A DNA stretch of 64,000 bases, from assembly GCA_964106645.2 (NCBI GenBank), contig OZ067041.1; one strand, written 5' to 3'. Numbering within the stretch: position 1 is the first letter of the stretch; every line of letters begins with the position of its first letter. This document shows, piece by piece, positions 46,946 through 59,240 of this stretch. Under the pieces are notes generated by a model that searched no databases, was not told the origin of the DNA, and was given only the letters and a program-made list of their open reading frames with translations. The stretch comes from Podarcis pityusensis (taxonomy: Eukaryota). The translations under genes and the position numbers were made by a program.

Positions 46946-48009
46946 TCTCGGGGAGACAGAGAAACGCACAAACTCAAGGTAGGGGGCTGGTGGCAGAAAG
47001 GGACCAGCCAGGCCAGCGACCCATTGGGCAGGCGAGGAGGCGGAAGGCGGCTACGGCTGTTGGGGAAAGGACTGCTTGCCACTCTTCTCGCCAGGCGTCC
47101 TCCGGAGCCTGCTCGTGGCGCAAAGGGGACCGCAGGTGCCAGGAACCCGGCACCCTTCTCCCGGCGAACTGGAGAGGCGCTTCGCTCCGGGGAAAAGGAC
47201 ATCACATGCGAAAACTTGGCTTCAACTGGCGCTGCCTGATAGACGTTGGAAACAGCTGGGAAGTTCTCCGCTTGACAACTGGGCTAGCCTAGTGTTAGAA
47301 AGTCACCGGTTGTACGATAGAGGGGAAATATGTACCAGGAGCAGCAGCCTCCTCCTCTTTCTTCTTCCTCCCCAATTAAATAGCACAAAAGGCGAGCTGA
47401 CGGGTCTCAATCGATTGGATGCAAATAGAGGCGCGTTTTTTACCTGGCTCTTTAGATTGGTAGCAGCTGAAGGAAGCGACCAGTCGCTGGCGGGCTTGAC
47501 AGTTTTCCGGATTGAGTTTCGGAAGACGCGCAGCCCTGGCGAGCAATGAGTTGCCGCCTTTGTGTACCGCACGTGTCGCGAAGGTGCCCAGCCGCCTCCG
47601 CTGTCAGTAGCAGCGACATTGTGGCAAAGTAAATGGCAACTCTTAATGGTCTGAAGTGGGCAGGTTTCTGCACCCCACCTCACCCCCGTGTGGACTGTAT
47701 TTGCAGTCTGGGTGGAACGCGGGACAGAGGAGGAGCGGGAGAAATCGCGGTCAAGCGGGCAGGCAGCTTTTCTGTCCCATTTGGACAGTCCAGGTTTAGG
47801 GCAGCGCTAGTTATGAGCCAATATCCCCTCCAGTGCCTTCAAGCAGAGCTGTTGGTTGCGCATAGCCGGCCAAACCTTCTGGTTTGCTGCCTGCTCTCTT
47901 GTTCCAAGAAGCAACACAGTTCGGAACTGGGAGGGGAGCCCTGGAGCAGCTCCACCTTCCCCTCTCCCTTGAACGGCTTCCAAAAGCATCTATGAGCATC
48001 TTAATGTTA

Positions 48010-48442
48010 AAATTAATTGGGTGCTGTCTAGGGAAAGTTAAGCGCGCTTTAGTTAATTCGAAATCAATGGGATTTAAGCCTGCATCCTAAAGATGTTGCT
48101 CAGAAATATCCCTTAAAATCAATTAATAAGCGTAAAACTAGACTGATGGGTGTTTTAAAAAAATATTTACGGCTCAAGCCTATACACCTCTACTCGTAAT
48201 TAATTCCCACTGAGTTCAATGGGGCATACTCTCGAGTAAATGAATATAGAATTTTAGAGCCTTGAGCTGGTGCCTAAACCCCATTGATTTCAGTAGAAAT
48301 CAGGCGCGCTTGATTTGCCCTGAATTTAAGCCCCTTTGTTTATCAGTTGCTCCCTTAAATTTGATGCATGTCTACTTAGAAGTAAGGCCATCTGAGTTCA
48401 GTCGGGTTTACTGCCAAGGAACGGAATAGGATTGCAACCTTA
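48010..48442. repeat. Cluster of short (~90 bp) imperfect palindromic squamate repeats
   Basis: Unit is approximately caatcctatgcatgtctactcagaagtaagtcccactgagttcaatggggcttactcc..gtaag...ataggattgca. Further copies at about 21655-21725, 31006-31089, 33026-33117, 41487-41582, 49770-49855 and 55870-55955. Confidence 0.65.
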
Positions 48443-50093
48443 TCCTCCTGCGCTCTTGCAGAATTCGTTCAGAGCTCGGGTGTCAATTATTATTATTATT
48501 TCGTTGCATTGATTAGACCTACTTCCAGATAATGGTGAACTTCCTTATCGCCCGGCCCTAAAGGCATTTGCTTCCAAGCAAGTCCATCGACAAGTCGCAT
48601 GTTGGGCATTGCAGCAGCCCGGTCCCTTTAGGATCCTATTGTAGCTGCTTGGCCCTTCAGATCACCTTTGCGTCTAGCGATCTGTTTGGGTTGCCTTCAC
48701 TGCGCGCTTATCCGGGCGTGTTAGGTCGTTGAATTAGATAGAGGCGAAAGGAGGAGAAACTGGAGCCGCCGCCCAAGGCGCGGGGAGGCAGCGGTAGCGC
48801 ATCCTCCTGTGGACGCAGGGCTTTGCGGATGAGGATCTGGCGGGGCGCGCATTTTCTGCGCGGCTGCTTTCTGTCTGGGCAGGGATTGCAAACGGCGTCG
48901 AGACGCTTCCAGACAGCAGCTCACCAGCGTGGCCTTGCCTGAACTTAGCTCCAGAAATGTGCGTGGGGCAGGGAAGGATCGTGGGCTGGGGTCGAGCAGC
49001 CCAACAACAGGTGGAGGGGCGCCAGGAGAGACGCTGCGCAAGCAAATCTCTTTCCCGCAGAGAAGAGACCCGTCTGCATCCCTTCGCCCTCTCGCCTCTA
49101 AGAGGCTAAGGCTTGAGCTTGGGAAGGGGAAAGGCACTAGCGTGGCGCTCTCACATTTTATCTCCTTCATCCCGAGGGTGTTTGGGGGTCGGTGGGAGAA
49201 GGGACCAGGGTCCTGCGCAAGGAGAGTCTGGCAAGCATCTCGACTTTGCTCCTCTGAACCGGGAGCCCGGCTCCGGAGCACAGTCCCTGCACTTCTTTTT
49301 AAGAGTACTGTATTAGTAGCGAGCAGGCTGTGTTGCCCAAATACAGAAATTTAGCTGGAACTGTGCAGTGAACTACTGAACCGCTTAGTACAGGGGAAAA
49401 CACATAGGAATAAAATGAAATTCGGTTCTCAGTGGAGGTGCAACAAAACTCCTCTGTGATAATTGAAAATCTTCACAACAAAGCACTCTCCTGAAGTGGT
49501 TCCTCTATACTCTTCTAGCTGCTGAGATGACACATACAGCGAAGTCTTTAGACTTATATTTAGCTTGTTTCCATAATGATAAGGTGAAGGTTAGAATCAA
49601 CTCCCTTTAAAATTCCTTACATTGGTTAGGATTGAGCTATAAATGGGTTGAATTATCTGTCACACCACAAAGTTGTTAATGTTTCTTGCAGAATATTGTC
49701 ATTAAATATAAAATAATTACAGCAATTTATAAGCCTGCGTTAGCAAAATGTTGCTACACCTCATATTGTGATCTGTGCATGTCTACTTTGCATGTAAAAT
49801 ATAATTAATTCAGTGGAACTTACTACTTGGTAACTATGTATGGAATTGGAGACTAAAACTGCAAGCTTGTGTACTTGGGAGAGTAGGTTCTGTTGTAGGC
49901 AATGATTGAACTCCAGTTTCACTAGAATAAATATTCCTTTATAAATTTATAGATCAAGCTGTTTTTCACATAGTGGTAAAAGTTTTGATTCTTTAAAATT
50001 AATTCAGTAACTGATGCAGTTGGTCCAGATATTTTGGTTTATTTGAACTGTAAACTTAATCTAATAAATATAGAAGGATAACATTTAGGGAAT

Positions 50094-50094
50094 A

Positions 50095-50131
<37 letters not shown>

Positions 50132-50132
50132 T
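50094..50132. repeat. (ATT)n microsatellite
   Basis: Read directly from the sequence. Confidence 0.95.
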
Positions 50133-53100
50133 TAAAATATTGAATTTGTTGTTGCATACAAAAACATGTAGGCACTGAGAAAAGCTGTGTAACATAACAA
50201 TGATGTAATAGAATTTAGCATACTAGATTAAAATTAATTCCAATTTTCAAACATTTTGTAAGGCATTTTTTAAAAAAAAATTAAAGGTCTTTGGAGGTTT
50301 TTCACATCCACTTGTAGTAAGGGTGTTTAAAACTAGCCTAGATACAAAATTCAATGTGAACTTTAATTTTATTTTTAAATTTTAGTCCTGCCAGGATTTA
50401 TGCCAATTTTAATTGCAGTGAATCCAAATGCAACTAAACTGAATGAATCCCTGTGCTTCTCTTTGCGATGAATTGGACTGAATGTTAACAAAGACTTTTA
50501 GACTTCATAGTCATACAGAAGTCTCACATTAGATGAACAAATATAAATTAATATGCTTGTTTGAAGGTGGTTAGCACACTTTACATATTCTCCTATATTT
50601 TAAATAGTCAGTTTTCTGTTTTCATTACATCCACCTATCGACTGAATCAAGTTTGGTCTTAGCGATAAGGACTTCTATCAGCAGAGCAAGATGAAAATAA
50701 CCCAGTGGAAATTAGGATTGCTAATTGTGTAAGGAATTAAAGGTGTAGGAAAGTCTGAGGAGTGACTTTCTTCAAATTCTGCTGTTGTTGTTCCTGTTGC
50801 ACAGTCTTGCTCACTTTTACAGACTCTGCTGGGAACTCCCGCTCCCATACTTTCACATAAAATATTTTGTGCAATATTGTTGTAGTATTATTCAAAAAGC
50901 CTATCTCAGTTGGAAAAGAAGTGTGCCTAGACTGATTTTGTGTTCAGCAAACATAATTTATTAATTAGCAACTTAATTTGTAATTTTACGAATATTGGCT
51001 TTCCAGCTAGAGAAAATGTGTTGGTTGCTTTGAATGTACAAGCTCTTCTCTTTATGCCACATTGAATTCTCTTTGTGTAGTTGTGATTCTTCACACCACT
51101 GTTCATAAGTTTAAAGTCTTGTTTTTTAATATCTGTGTATTGCGCTAGGGAAACAGAATATGAAGTGGGTTTTATTGAATTATTTATCCCTGTTGTTGGA
51201 GTGGGTTTGAAGGCTCATTTAATGTATCTGATATTCTAACAGTTCTCCACCCCCACCCATTTCATTACACATCATCCTGCAAGCCAAAATAAATTTCTTT
51301 TTTGCACTAGAGAAATGAAGCATACATCTTTGTAGCAGATTCACTTTTATTGTCATTGGGGAAAAAATAAAGGTGTATTTTCTTCCAGTTTAATGTATGG
51401 TGACTTTGAGTTTTTGTATTTCTTTTGTTATGACTCTTTCAAACTAAGAGTGAATAAAGGGGGGGAACATACTATTAAAAGGGTAATCAGAGTAATGTCC
51501 ATAATGCTTTTTTCGTGTTTATAATTTTTAAATACTTTATCTGCAGATAGAATGCATTGTTATATTACAAAGGACTTGTGCATAAGTTTATTTATTTACA
51601 GTTGCTTAGAGAGAAATTTCACAGGGTACGACTCATGCAAAAATTAAGACTGTGGCCATACCATTTGTACTTGACACAGTTACAGTCCCAGAACTTTTTT
51701 ACACATATATTCTCTGTTCCAGATTTTGCTGAACTACAGCTCCCATCATTCCATTGGCCATGTTGGCTGAGGCTGATGGGAGTGTTCCACGGCTGGTCTA
51801 GAAAGAATTATGTTCTCTACTCTTTCCCCTCCCCCCATTACTTCCTTTCTCCAAAACATTGCAAAGCTATTACAAATATTTCAGCAGTGTCATTCGGCTC
51901 TTGAAAAAAAGGTGAACAGGGTTATTTCCACAGTGACTCTGTTTGCGGTTAAGTTGATACAGTTTTCCATATCTCTGCCTGCCTTATTTGCATTCTGACT
52001 GAGAAGTGCCCCACTCACTGGACCCCAAACCCAGTATTGTAATGATGTTTAGGGATGGTTGTTGTCTGTTTTCCTGTTTCCCATGTCCCAGATAATCCAT
52101 CACAGCATGTCTGAGGAGGGAATTTTATAATCTGTGTTTTGATAGCTGCCATGGGCTGCTCAAGCCTCTTCTCCTGTCTCTTTGAAATGCAGTTTTTTCA
52201 TTCCCCCTCCTCTGCCAAAGCACTATCCTAACTGCTTTCCCCAAATATATAATTTAGTGCTATGATTCTTGGGAAGCAAGAATTAAAACAGTACAAGCAA
52301 AAATCACATGTGAGTACTGTGTATCACACAGAGTCCTATGTCACTCACAGAGCTCAGGCATAGTGGGTAATATCCAAATAATGTTTCTCACAGATCAGTT
52401 ATGGCGCTGTGCCAAAAATAAGCCAAAGTATCTCCGTAAATTTCCAAAATGGTATTTATACTACATTCTGTTCTTCTGGACACTTGAGAACAACCACTAA
52501 GATCTCTGTTATAAATAAACCATTCAGTGTTGTTAGAAGAATGTTTAAGACAAACACACTTTCCTCTTTGCAACAACAGGTTGTATAGTGCTGGCAAGTA
52601 AATCGCAGGCAGGATAATGCACTGCCGTGTTTGGTTTATTTATTTATCAACTGCATCAAAAGCAGACATTCTCAGCATGCCAGATTTCAGTTAAAGCAGT
52701 CCAACAGTGACGTTTTAAGAATCCTACTTTGGGAATGCTCTTTTTTCCTGAACCCAGAATGGTCCATGGAATCAGAGGGGATTAGCTCCCTTTAATCTAC
52801 TGCATCTGCAGTGGGTCATCCAACAGAACTTTCATTACTGTTTCATGTTGTATGTGATTAAGTGACTAAAATATTCAATACTGACCTTGAAAATGAAGCA
52901 GCATGTGTTGGATAAACAGCTTTGAAAGCTTAAAGTAATCTTTCCTATAAACAAGATTTCTAAAATGTATTGTTTAACAGAGTGAACAGGATGACCAGAA
53001 AGGCATCGTTTGTAAGAGGGAACTGAATTTATAGAAGCAGACATAAGTAAAAATGCACAAAAGATTAAAACACATTCATATACTATCAGATGTTATTCGG

Positions 53101-54431
53101 ATGGTTAGCATGATTTACACAAGCTGCCTTAGTTATTGTGAAGTACTCGTGCTTAAATGGATTTTTACCTCACTTTAAGCACATTTACTCGTAACCATCC
53201 CACTGATTTTAGTTTAATTCGCCTCCCAAGTAAGGGCTGTTTTGAGATTTATTTTTCACATCTAAGGCCACTATTATGCATGATACTAGGTAGAAACCAG
53301 TGTGAGAAAAATACATAGCTTTTCTTTTAGTCACATGGAATCTGCCACAAGTATTCAGAGGCAGAAGTTGTAAATGAATCATTGTAGGTATGAAGCTGAG
53401 CATGAGTTTTAATAGGCCACTGTTAGGCATGCATTACACTGGGCTGAAACCAGTGTTTCTGGAAGTAGTGCCTAGAATCACACAGCATCTGTGTTTCTGG
53501 ATTTTTTGATCAATTAAAAGTCTGCAGTTAGAACCAGACTTTGCAACACAGTATTTTCAAACTTTTATGCTGTGATTTTGAACTTTAAAAAATACATTGA
53601 TTTAAGCTGTGAAATTCCTAGGTACTGAGAATCTGCAAGGCAACAAATTGCTGTACACCTGATTTTTAGAAGTGTCATGAATTTAGTGGATAGTTCAAGG
53701 CAAATTCAAAACTTCACCACCACTAGTCACCTCCATACTATACTGCTACTCCTTATAGCCATTAACAAGAAGCCACTTATCCTGAGAAACCAAAGAAATA
53801 TCTGGATTCAATTAAGCCAAGGTCCAGAGGTTGGTAGAAAATCCTTGTTACTGCTGCAACTGATGGAGATGTATCAACCATATATGCTCAGCTATTGTTA
53901 GCCTGTGGCCCTAGTTTTTTCAAATTGGGCGTTGTTGCATCTTTTCTCAGTAGTTGCAACAGCACAGGCCATTGTATGACTTATGGACATTATGGTATTT
54001 GATATGTTTGTAGGTGGAGAGGTTTTGGTTGAACTGGCATTAGAAAAGGGAAATGTCATGGCAACACAGCTGTGTATGGACCATACTGCATGCTGGCACC
54101 ATAGAGTTGGCAGGAATGAATAGTAACACACTCTTATGCCAAAAAAGGCCAATAACAATAGTAACACAGCAGCTTTATTTTAGTGACTTCTATATACCAT
54201 GATCTAATAATTCTTTAGTTGAAATTTGGAAACTACTTTGCAAATCATTTTTTCAGATTTGAAGCCTAACGGTAGACTAACAAATGTATTTTAAAATCAT
54301 TTGTGTCACACCTTTTGAGTTATAGTCCACTTGAAGTAGCTTAGAATAATATTAAAGCAACACAATATAGAAACCAACAATGGCAGATCTGAACAAAAAA
54401 GTCCAGTTAAAATAAATAGCAAGCAGAAGGG

Positions 54432-54676
54432 GAAGAAGAGTTTGGATTTGATATCCTGCCTTTCACTCCCTTTAAGGAGTCTCAAAGCGGCTAACATTCT
54501 CCTTTCCCTTCCTCCCCCACAACAAACACTCTGTGAGGTGAGTGAGGCTGAGAGACTTCAAAGAAGTGTGACTGGCCCAAGGTCACCCAGCAGCTGCATG
54601 TGGAGGAGCGGAGACGCGAACCCGGTTCACCAGATTACGAGACTACCGCTCTTAACCACTACACCACACTGGCTCT
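54432..54676 (-). mobile_element. tRNA-derived squamate SINE (Squam3-like)
   Basis: Reverse complement aligns end to end with 18495-18740. Confidence 0.85.
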
Positions 54677-54699
54677 CTTAAGCACCAGTCTTAACTGGG

Positions 54700-55440
54700 G
54701 TTTGTGGGGTGTTAGGGGAGGGGTAGTACCCTTGGTGATCCTTCTAGCATAGTTTGTCCATCTTTGGGCCCCATGGTGCACTCAGCTCTCACCTATGGCT
54801 CCTAGAAGCTCTCAGCATGTGACAGCAGCCACACCCCAGGAGTGACTTCCAACTGGCTGGTTAAACTAGGTGAGGGTAGCCGAGGGGTCTCAAACCCTCA
54901 GTGAGTTAGGGACTTTCCCTGAATGTGAAGACGGGCTCCAGCAGATTGAACAGATGAGACCAATAGTGGGTCCAACGGTCAATAAGACAGTTTATGCACA
55001 TTCTGTTGAGGGACGTGAGGTCTAGATAGGGCTTCTCCACCATGGAAGATAGCCCATCCAAGAGAAGGAAAACTCTAGTTCTAAACCTGTACTGCTTTGG
55101 GGGATATATTCAGGAGAAGAAAGGGCTAAGGAGTAAAGCCTACACAAATCTAGAGTGGGGTACTTTACCAAAGACAGTTAGATGGTGCTTTGCATGCCTC
55201 CTTCCAGCAACTCCTGCAGCTAAGCTAGTGCAAACGGCAGTGCTCTGCTTTCCTTTGGACCACATCAGCAAGGCCTAGAGGGGTGTTTTGTTGTCTGGGC
55301 AGCCCAGGACCTCCGTGCACGCTGCCCAGGTTTGCTTTCCAGGGAGGTCACTTTGGTGCTGCTAACACAGCGGTTTGGCTTCACTCCTGGAGGTGCACTC
55401 CGTTGACTCTCGAGACAGACGGATGCCAACAGCAACAATA
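54700..55440 (+). mobile_element. Probable non-autonomous RTE-derived retroelement
   Basis: Balanced-GC block of about 740 bp with an RTE 5'UTR-like motif (gagaaggaaaactct..ttctaaacc), a (CAA)-like tail gatgccaacagcaacaa and no ORF. Left boundary uncertain. Confidence 0.5.
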
Positions 55441-55640
55441 TAAACTGCAGCCCCATAGTAAACCTCTCTCTCTAATATGCAAAGTCTCAGTATTGGACTA
55501 TCTACTCTTTGTAGGAGGGGGGAGCACTTAAAGCAGAATTTCCACTGTCCTATGATTCTCCAAAATAAATTATCTTGTACATCTTTACTTGGAAATGAGT
55601 CTTGCTGAGCTTCAATGGTTATAACTCTCTAACTGTGATA

Positions 55641-55866
55641 CAGTGGTACCTCGGGTTACATACGCTTCGGGTTACAGACTCTGCTAACCCAGAAATAGTG
55701 CTTCAGGTTAAGAACTTTGCTTCAGGATGAGAACAGAAATCGTGCTCCGGTGGCGTGGCAGAAGCAGGAGGCCCCATTAGTTAACGTGGTGCTTCAGGTT
55801 AAGAACAGTTTCAGGTTAAGTACGGACCTCCGGAACGAATTAAGTACTTAACTCAAGGTACCACTG
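55641..55866. mobile_element. Tigger-like MITE (CAGTGGTACCTC TIR family)
   Basis: TA|CAGTGGTACCTCGGGTTA ... aaggtaccactg|TA. Homologous to 10813-11053. Confidence 0.9.
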
Positions 55867-58451
55867 TATAATTTTACATGCATTTACTCAGAAGTAATCC
55901 CCATGAGTTCAGTGAGGCATACTCCCAGATAAGTGAGTATACAATAGCAACCTTAACGACTGTTTTAAAATATACAGGGCAGGAGTGCTTTCAGTAATGC
56001 TTCCTTTGCCAGTGTGAGGAATGTCTCTAAATGTCCCCATTAATGACTGCTGGAGAAATTATTTTGATGAGTGATATGAAATGCATCCCCTCTGGAACAC
56101 ATTCTTTAAATATTCTAATTCCGGATGAAGCCATGACAGATTATCCAAAAAGTCAACATTCATGCAAGTTTTTCCCCAAACTACACTTTAAAGCAGATGA
56201 AGCTGTGATTAAAAATGTGGAATTCAGGGTGGCCCAAGTCACTGAGCTGCCTGAGACAAAGCACAAGATGGTGCTCCGCCAACCTCTGTTCCACAATTTG
56301 CAGCTGCACTGATAACTGAATCTTAACCTCAACATTGTCCATCTGCCAGTGTCCTCCACTGCATCCCAAGGCAGTTCAGAAAATGTCTGAACCACACCTT
56401 TATTCAGAAGTCTATCGGGCAGTGAACATAAAAGCAACACAGTATTAAGACCAACAACTAATAAAATCAAAACAACATGAAATTTGAGGAAAATCTGCTT
56501 AGGGGTTGCAGGACAGGTAAAGCTCTGTCAGCCACATCTTGCTACATCTGTCCCCAACCCCCTCCATGGCAGCCACACTTTTCTGCCTAGTGGTAGGGTC
56601 AGTCCTGATGGAATGTCATTTTCCTGCCTTTCTTCTTTTACTGACTGGATGAACCAACTGTCCACATTGTACTTCAGTATGTCAAGAGGACTGGAGACAA
56701 CTGCTTACCTGGGCATCATAAAATAAAAATCTGAAATATTGGCTTTAGGGTAGAAGCTAAATAACTGCTGTTGGCTTGCAAAAAGCTGAAGCTAGCACCT
56801 AGGATTTGCTGCTTCTTCCTTTTTGAGCCGTGCTCTTCAACAGTCTATAAAATATGGTATCCATTCCTAAATGTCATTGCTATATAACTGGTGGACAGCC
56901 ATGCATCCTGTCTCCATTTGCAGTTCTTTCTTTGCTGCTTTCTGCTGCTTGCTTTGTGCTGGTAAAACTCACTCTCAGTGTCTCTGTGGTCTGTAACTTC
57001 CAGCAGTAGCTGCGTTGCCCTATTGCAGCAAAACAACAGAGTGTCCCCAGGCACCTTGAAGACTAACAGGTTTATTGTGGGATACATTTTCATAGGCCTC
57101 ACCGCCCGCTTTCACTTTTCATTTTCAATTACATACAGCTTATTTCATGATCTTCCTTATAGTTCTTCTTTGTGCCTTTTTCTTTCTCTCCAAATATTTA
57201 AGTGTAGATAAATCTTAAAAATTTACTACGGAAGATGTCAAAGGGAAACCCCTTGCATCTTTTATTCTAGTAGTACATCAGAAGAACCACGTCAAATAGA
57301 GGTTGCCAAGGATTGCACTTAAAGCTAACTAACAAAATTAAAAGCTGAATAACATTTACTCAAACATTCTCGAAAAAACTCGGATGCGAAATACCTGAAC
57401 TTACATGTGTATGCAAATCTGGCTTCTTTTTAAAAGACTTGAAAGTGGTCAAGATAATATTTTTATTTTATTTTATTTTAAAAACAAGAAAACTACAGAC
57501 TTATCCGCCTAACCCCTTTTCCAGGCAAGCACAGAATGCATTATGAAAGCTAGAATGGTACATATAACCAACCTTGTTGAGGAACGGTCAATGTAGCTTG
57601 TTACAAAGGGAGGTTTGTCTCACTAACATTTTAAGTTCTTCTACACCAGCTGCTTTTCTTGAGAGAGGTACTGGAAAACAGCTTGTGCAGTCTGTACCTC
57701 ATCACTGTACTAGCCTTAATTAGGATTGATTTTGGAGGGAGGGGGGTAGTGGGTACTTTTTAAAGGAAGCACTCATTTTATCTGTATGTTGTCTCAGGAT
57801 GCCTGTCAAACAGCAGGCTGGAGTACTTGTACACACAACCACGCACACACACCAGCAGTAGCGAAAGGTTTTTCCAGCTTTTCTACTTAATGCAGTTCTC
57901 CCCCACTGTTCTTCTCTATAGACACAGGGGTGAGGTCCATCTTCATATGCATCTCCGTGCATCATCTGTTGGTAAGAAAGACATGCAGTTTCTTTATCCT
58001 GTGCCATGAAAACTAATAGCACAGGACTTTATCAGGGCAAAGAGAGACATATGTGAGAGACCCTCCTTGTCCCAGAAATAAACAATTTGGTGCAGACACA
58101 TAACCTTAAAAGGGATTCTTTTCTTTTTCTTTTAGGGGTAAGAGTAGCTGCTCATTTACACAGAAAACATCCAGTAGACGTGATCTTCTTGGGTTGTCAA
58201 ATAGGCTTTTGCCAAAGCCCCCTGATTGATATAGTGCTTGTTTATCCTCTAGTTTTAAAAGTATAAAGCTGAGATGCTGAAGATGCTGAAGAAACCACTT
58301 GGAAAATGCTAAAATTTTACCTTTTTTAGGTTTTATATAAAAATGCAACTGAAGGGAATGTGATTGAGGAATATTTGTACATGTGTGTGTATCTTTAAGA
58401 GGATATCACTGTACTTAGACAACTAATACAACTTAGTGTATTTTTGGTCTT

Positions 58452-58512
58452 TGTGGAAGCTGCCCAGAGTGGCTGGGGAAACCCAGCCAGATGGGTGGGG
58501 TACAAATAATAA

Positions 58513-58550
<38 letters not shown>
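58452..58550 (+). mobile_element. Short L2-type 3' tail with (TTA)n
   Basis: tggaagctgcccagagtggctggggaaacccagccagatgggtggggtacaaataataa(att)n, with an internal hairpin tggctggg..cccagcca. Confidence 0.7.
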
Positions 58551-58551
<1 letters not shown>

Positions 58552-58594
58552 CCACCTGGTCAGAAAGGCCCTCTTTTTTGGATAGGTCATTTCC

Positions 58595-59240
58595 AGTCCA
58601 CTTCAGGTGTCCCTGGAGGAAATTGTTTTGAGGCTTATTTCCATATGGTTTCAGGCCATGTTTTGGCATTGACAGAGCCTTGGTCACCCGCATAGATTAC
58701 TTGTATTGCTCTCACAGCAGATTTTGATGCCATTGGCTGTGGCAGTCTTCTGTATCAGTGCTAGGGATTGACATTTGAGGCCAGTCTGTTACAGTGGTTT
58801 TGTTCCTAAATGCAGGATCAATACCACAAAGTAGCATTGGGTGATTTCTGCTTGGCTCTCTGACAGTTATGTTGTGGGCTCCACAAGATTCCATTCAGTC
58901 CCTGATGACGGTTATCTGGGAATTTGTAGTGTGTTATCATCAGTGTGTGGATGACACCACTCTGTGTCTCCGTTCCATCTGAATCAGGAGAGACTGTTCA
59001 CGTGCTGGACTGGTGGTTGAGGACGTAATGGGCTGGATAAGGGCTAAGAAAGAATCCTGACAAGATTTGGGCATGGATTGTGGGTAGTTCTAAAGTCCAC
59101 TAATTGAATAAGTGACCTGTCTTGAATGGAACTGCACTCCTCCTGAAAAGAGTAAGTTTATAGTCTGAAGGTGCTTCCTGAGTTAATGCAATCATTTGGG
59201 GCCCAAATAGCCTTGATGACAGGGAGTGTCTTTCTCCAGC
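58595..59240 (+). mobile_element. Heavily decayed L2 LINE RT fragment
   Basis: Remnants of GFRP.FG, L.A.FD.I, VLQWF, G.PQ.SI, Q.VDDT.L and NPDK motifs. Confidence 0.7.

Larger units (their letters stand above)
44930..49290. promoter_or_regulatory. CpG island domain over the MAB21L1 CDS, promoter and upstream region
   Basis: Very high GC and CpG content at 44930-47870 and 48700-49290, interrupted by an AT-richer segment at about 48000-48500. Confidence 0.8.

Noticed and set aside
48721-49354. ORFs of 103-186 aa on both strands
   Set aside because: CpG-island artefacts with no recognisable protein features.
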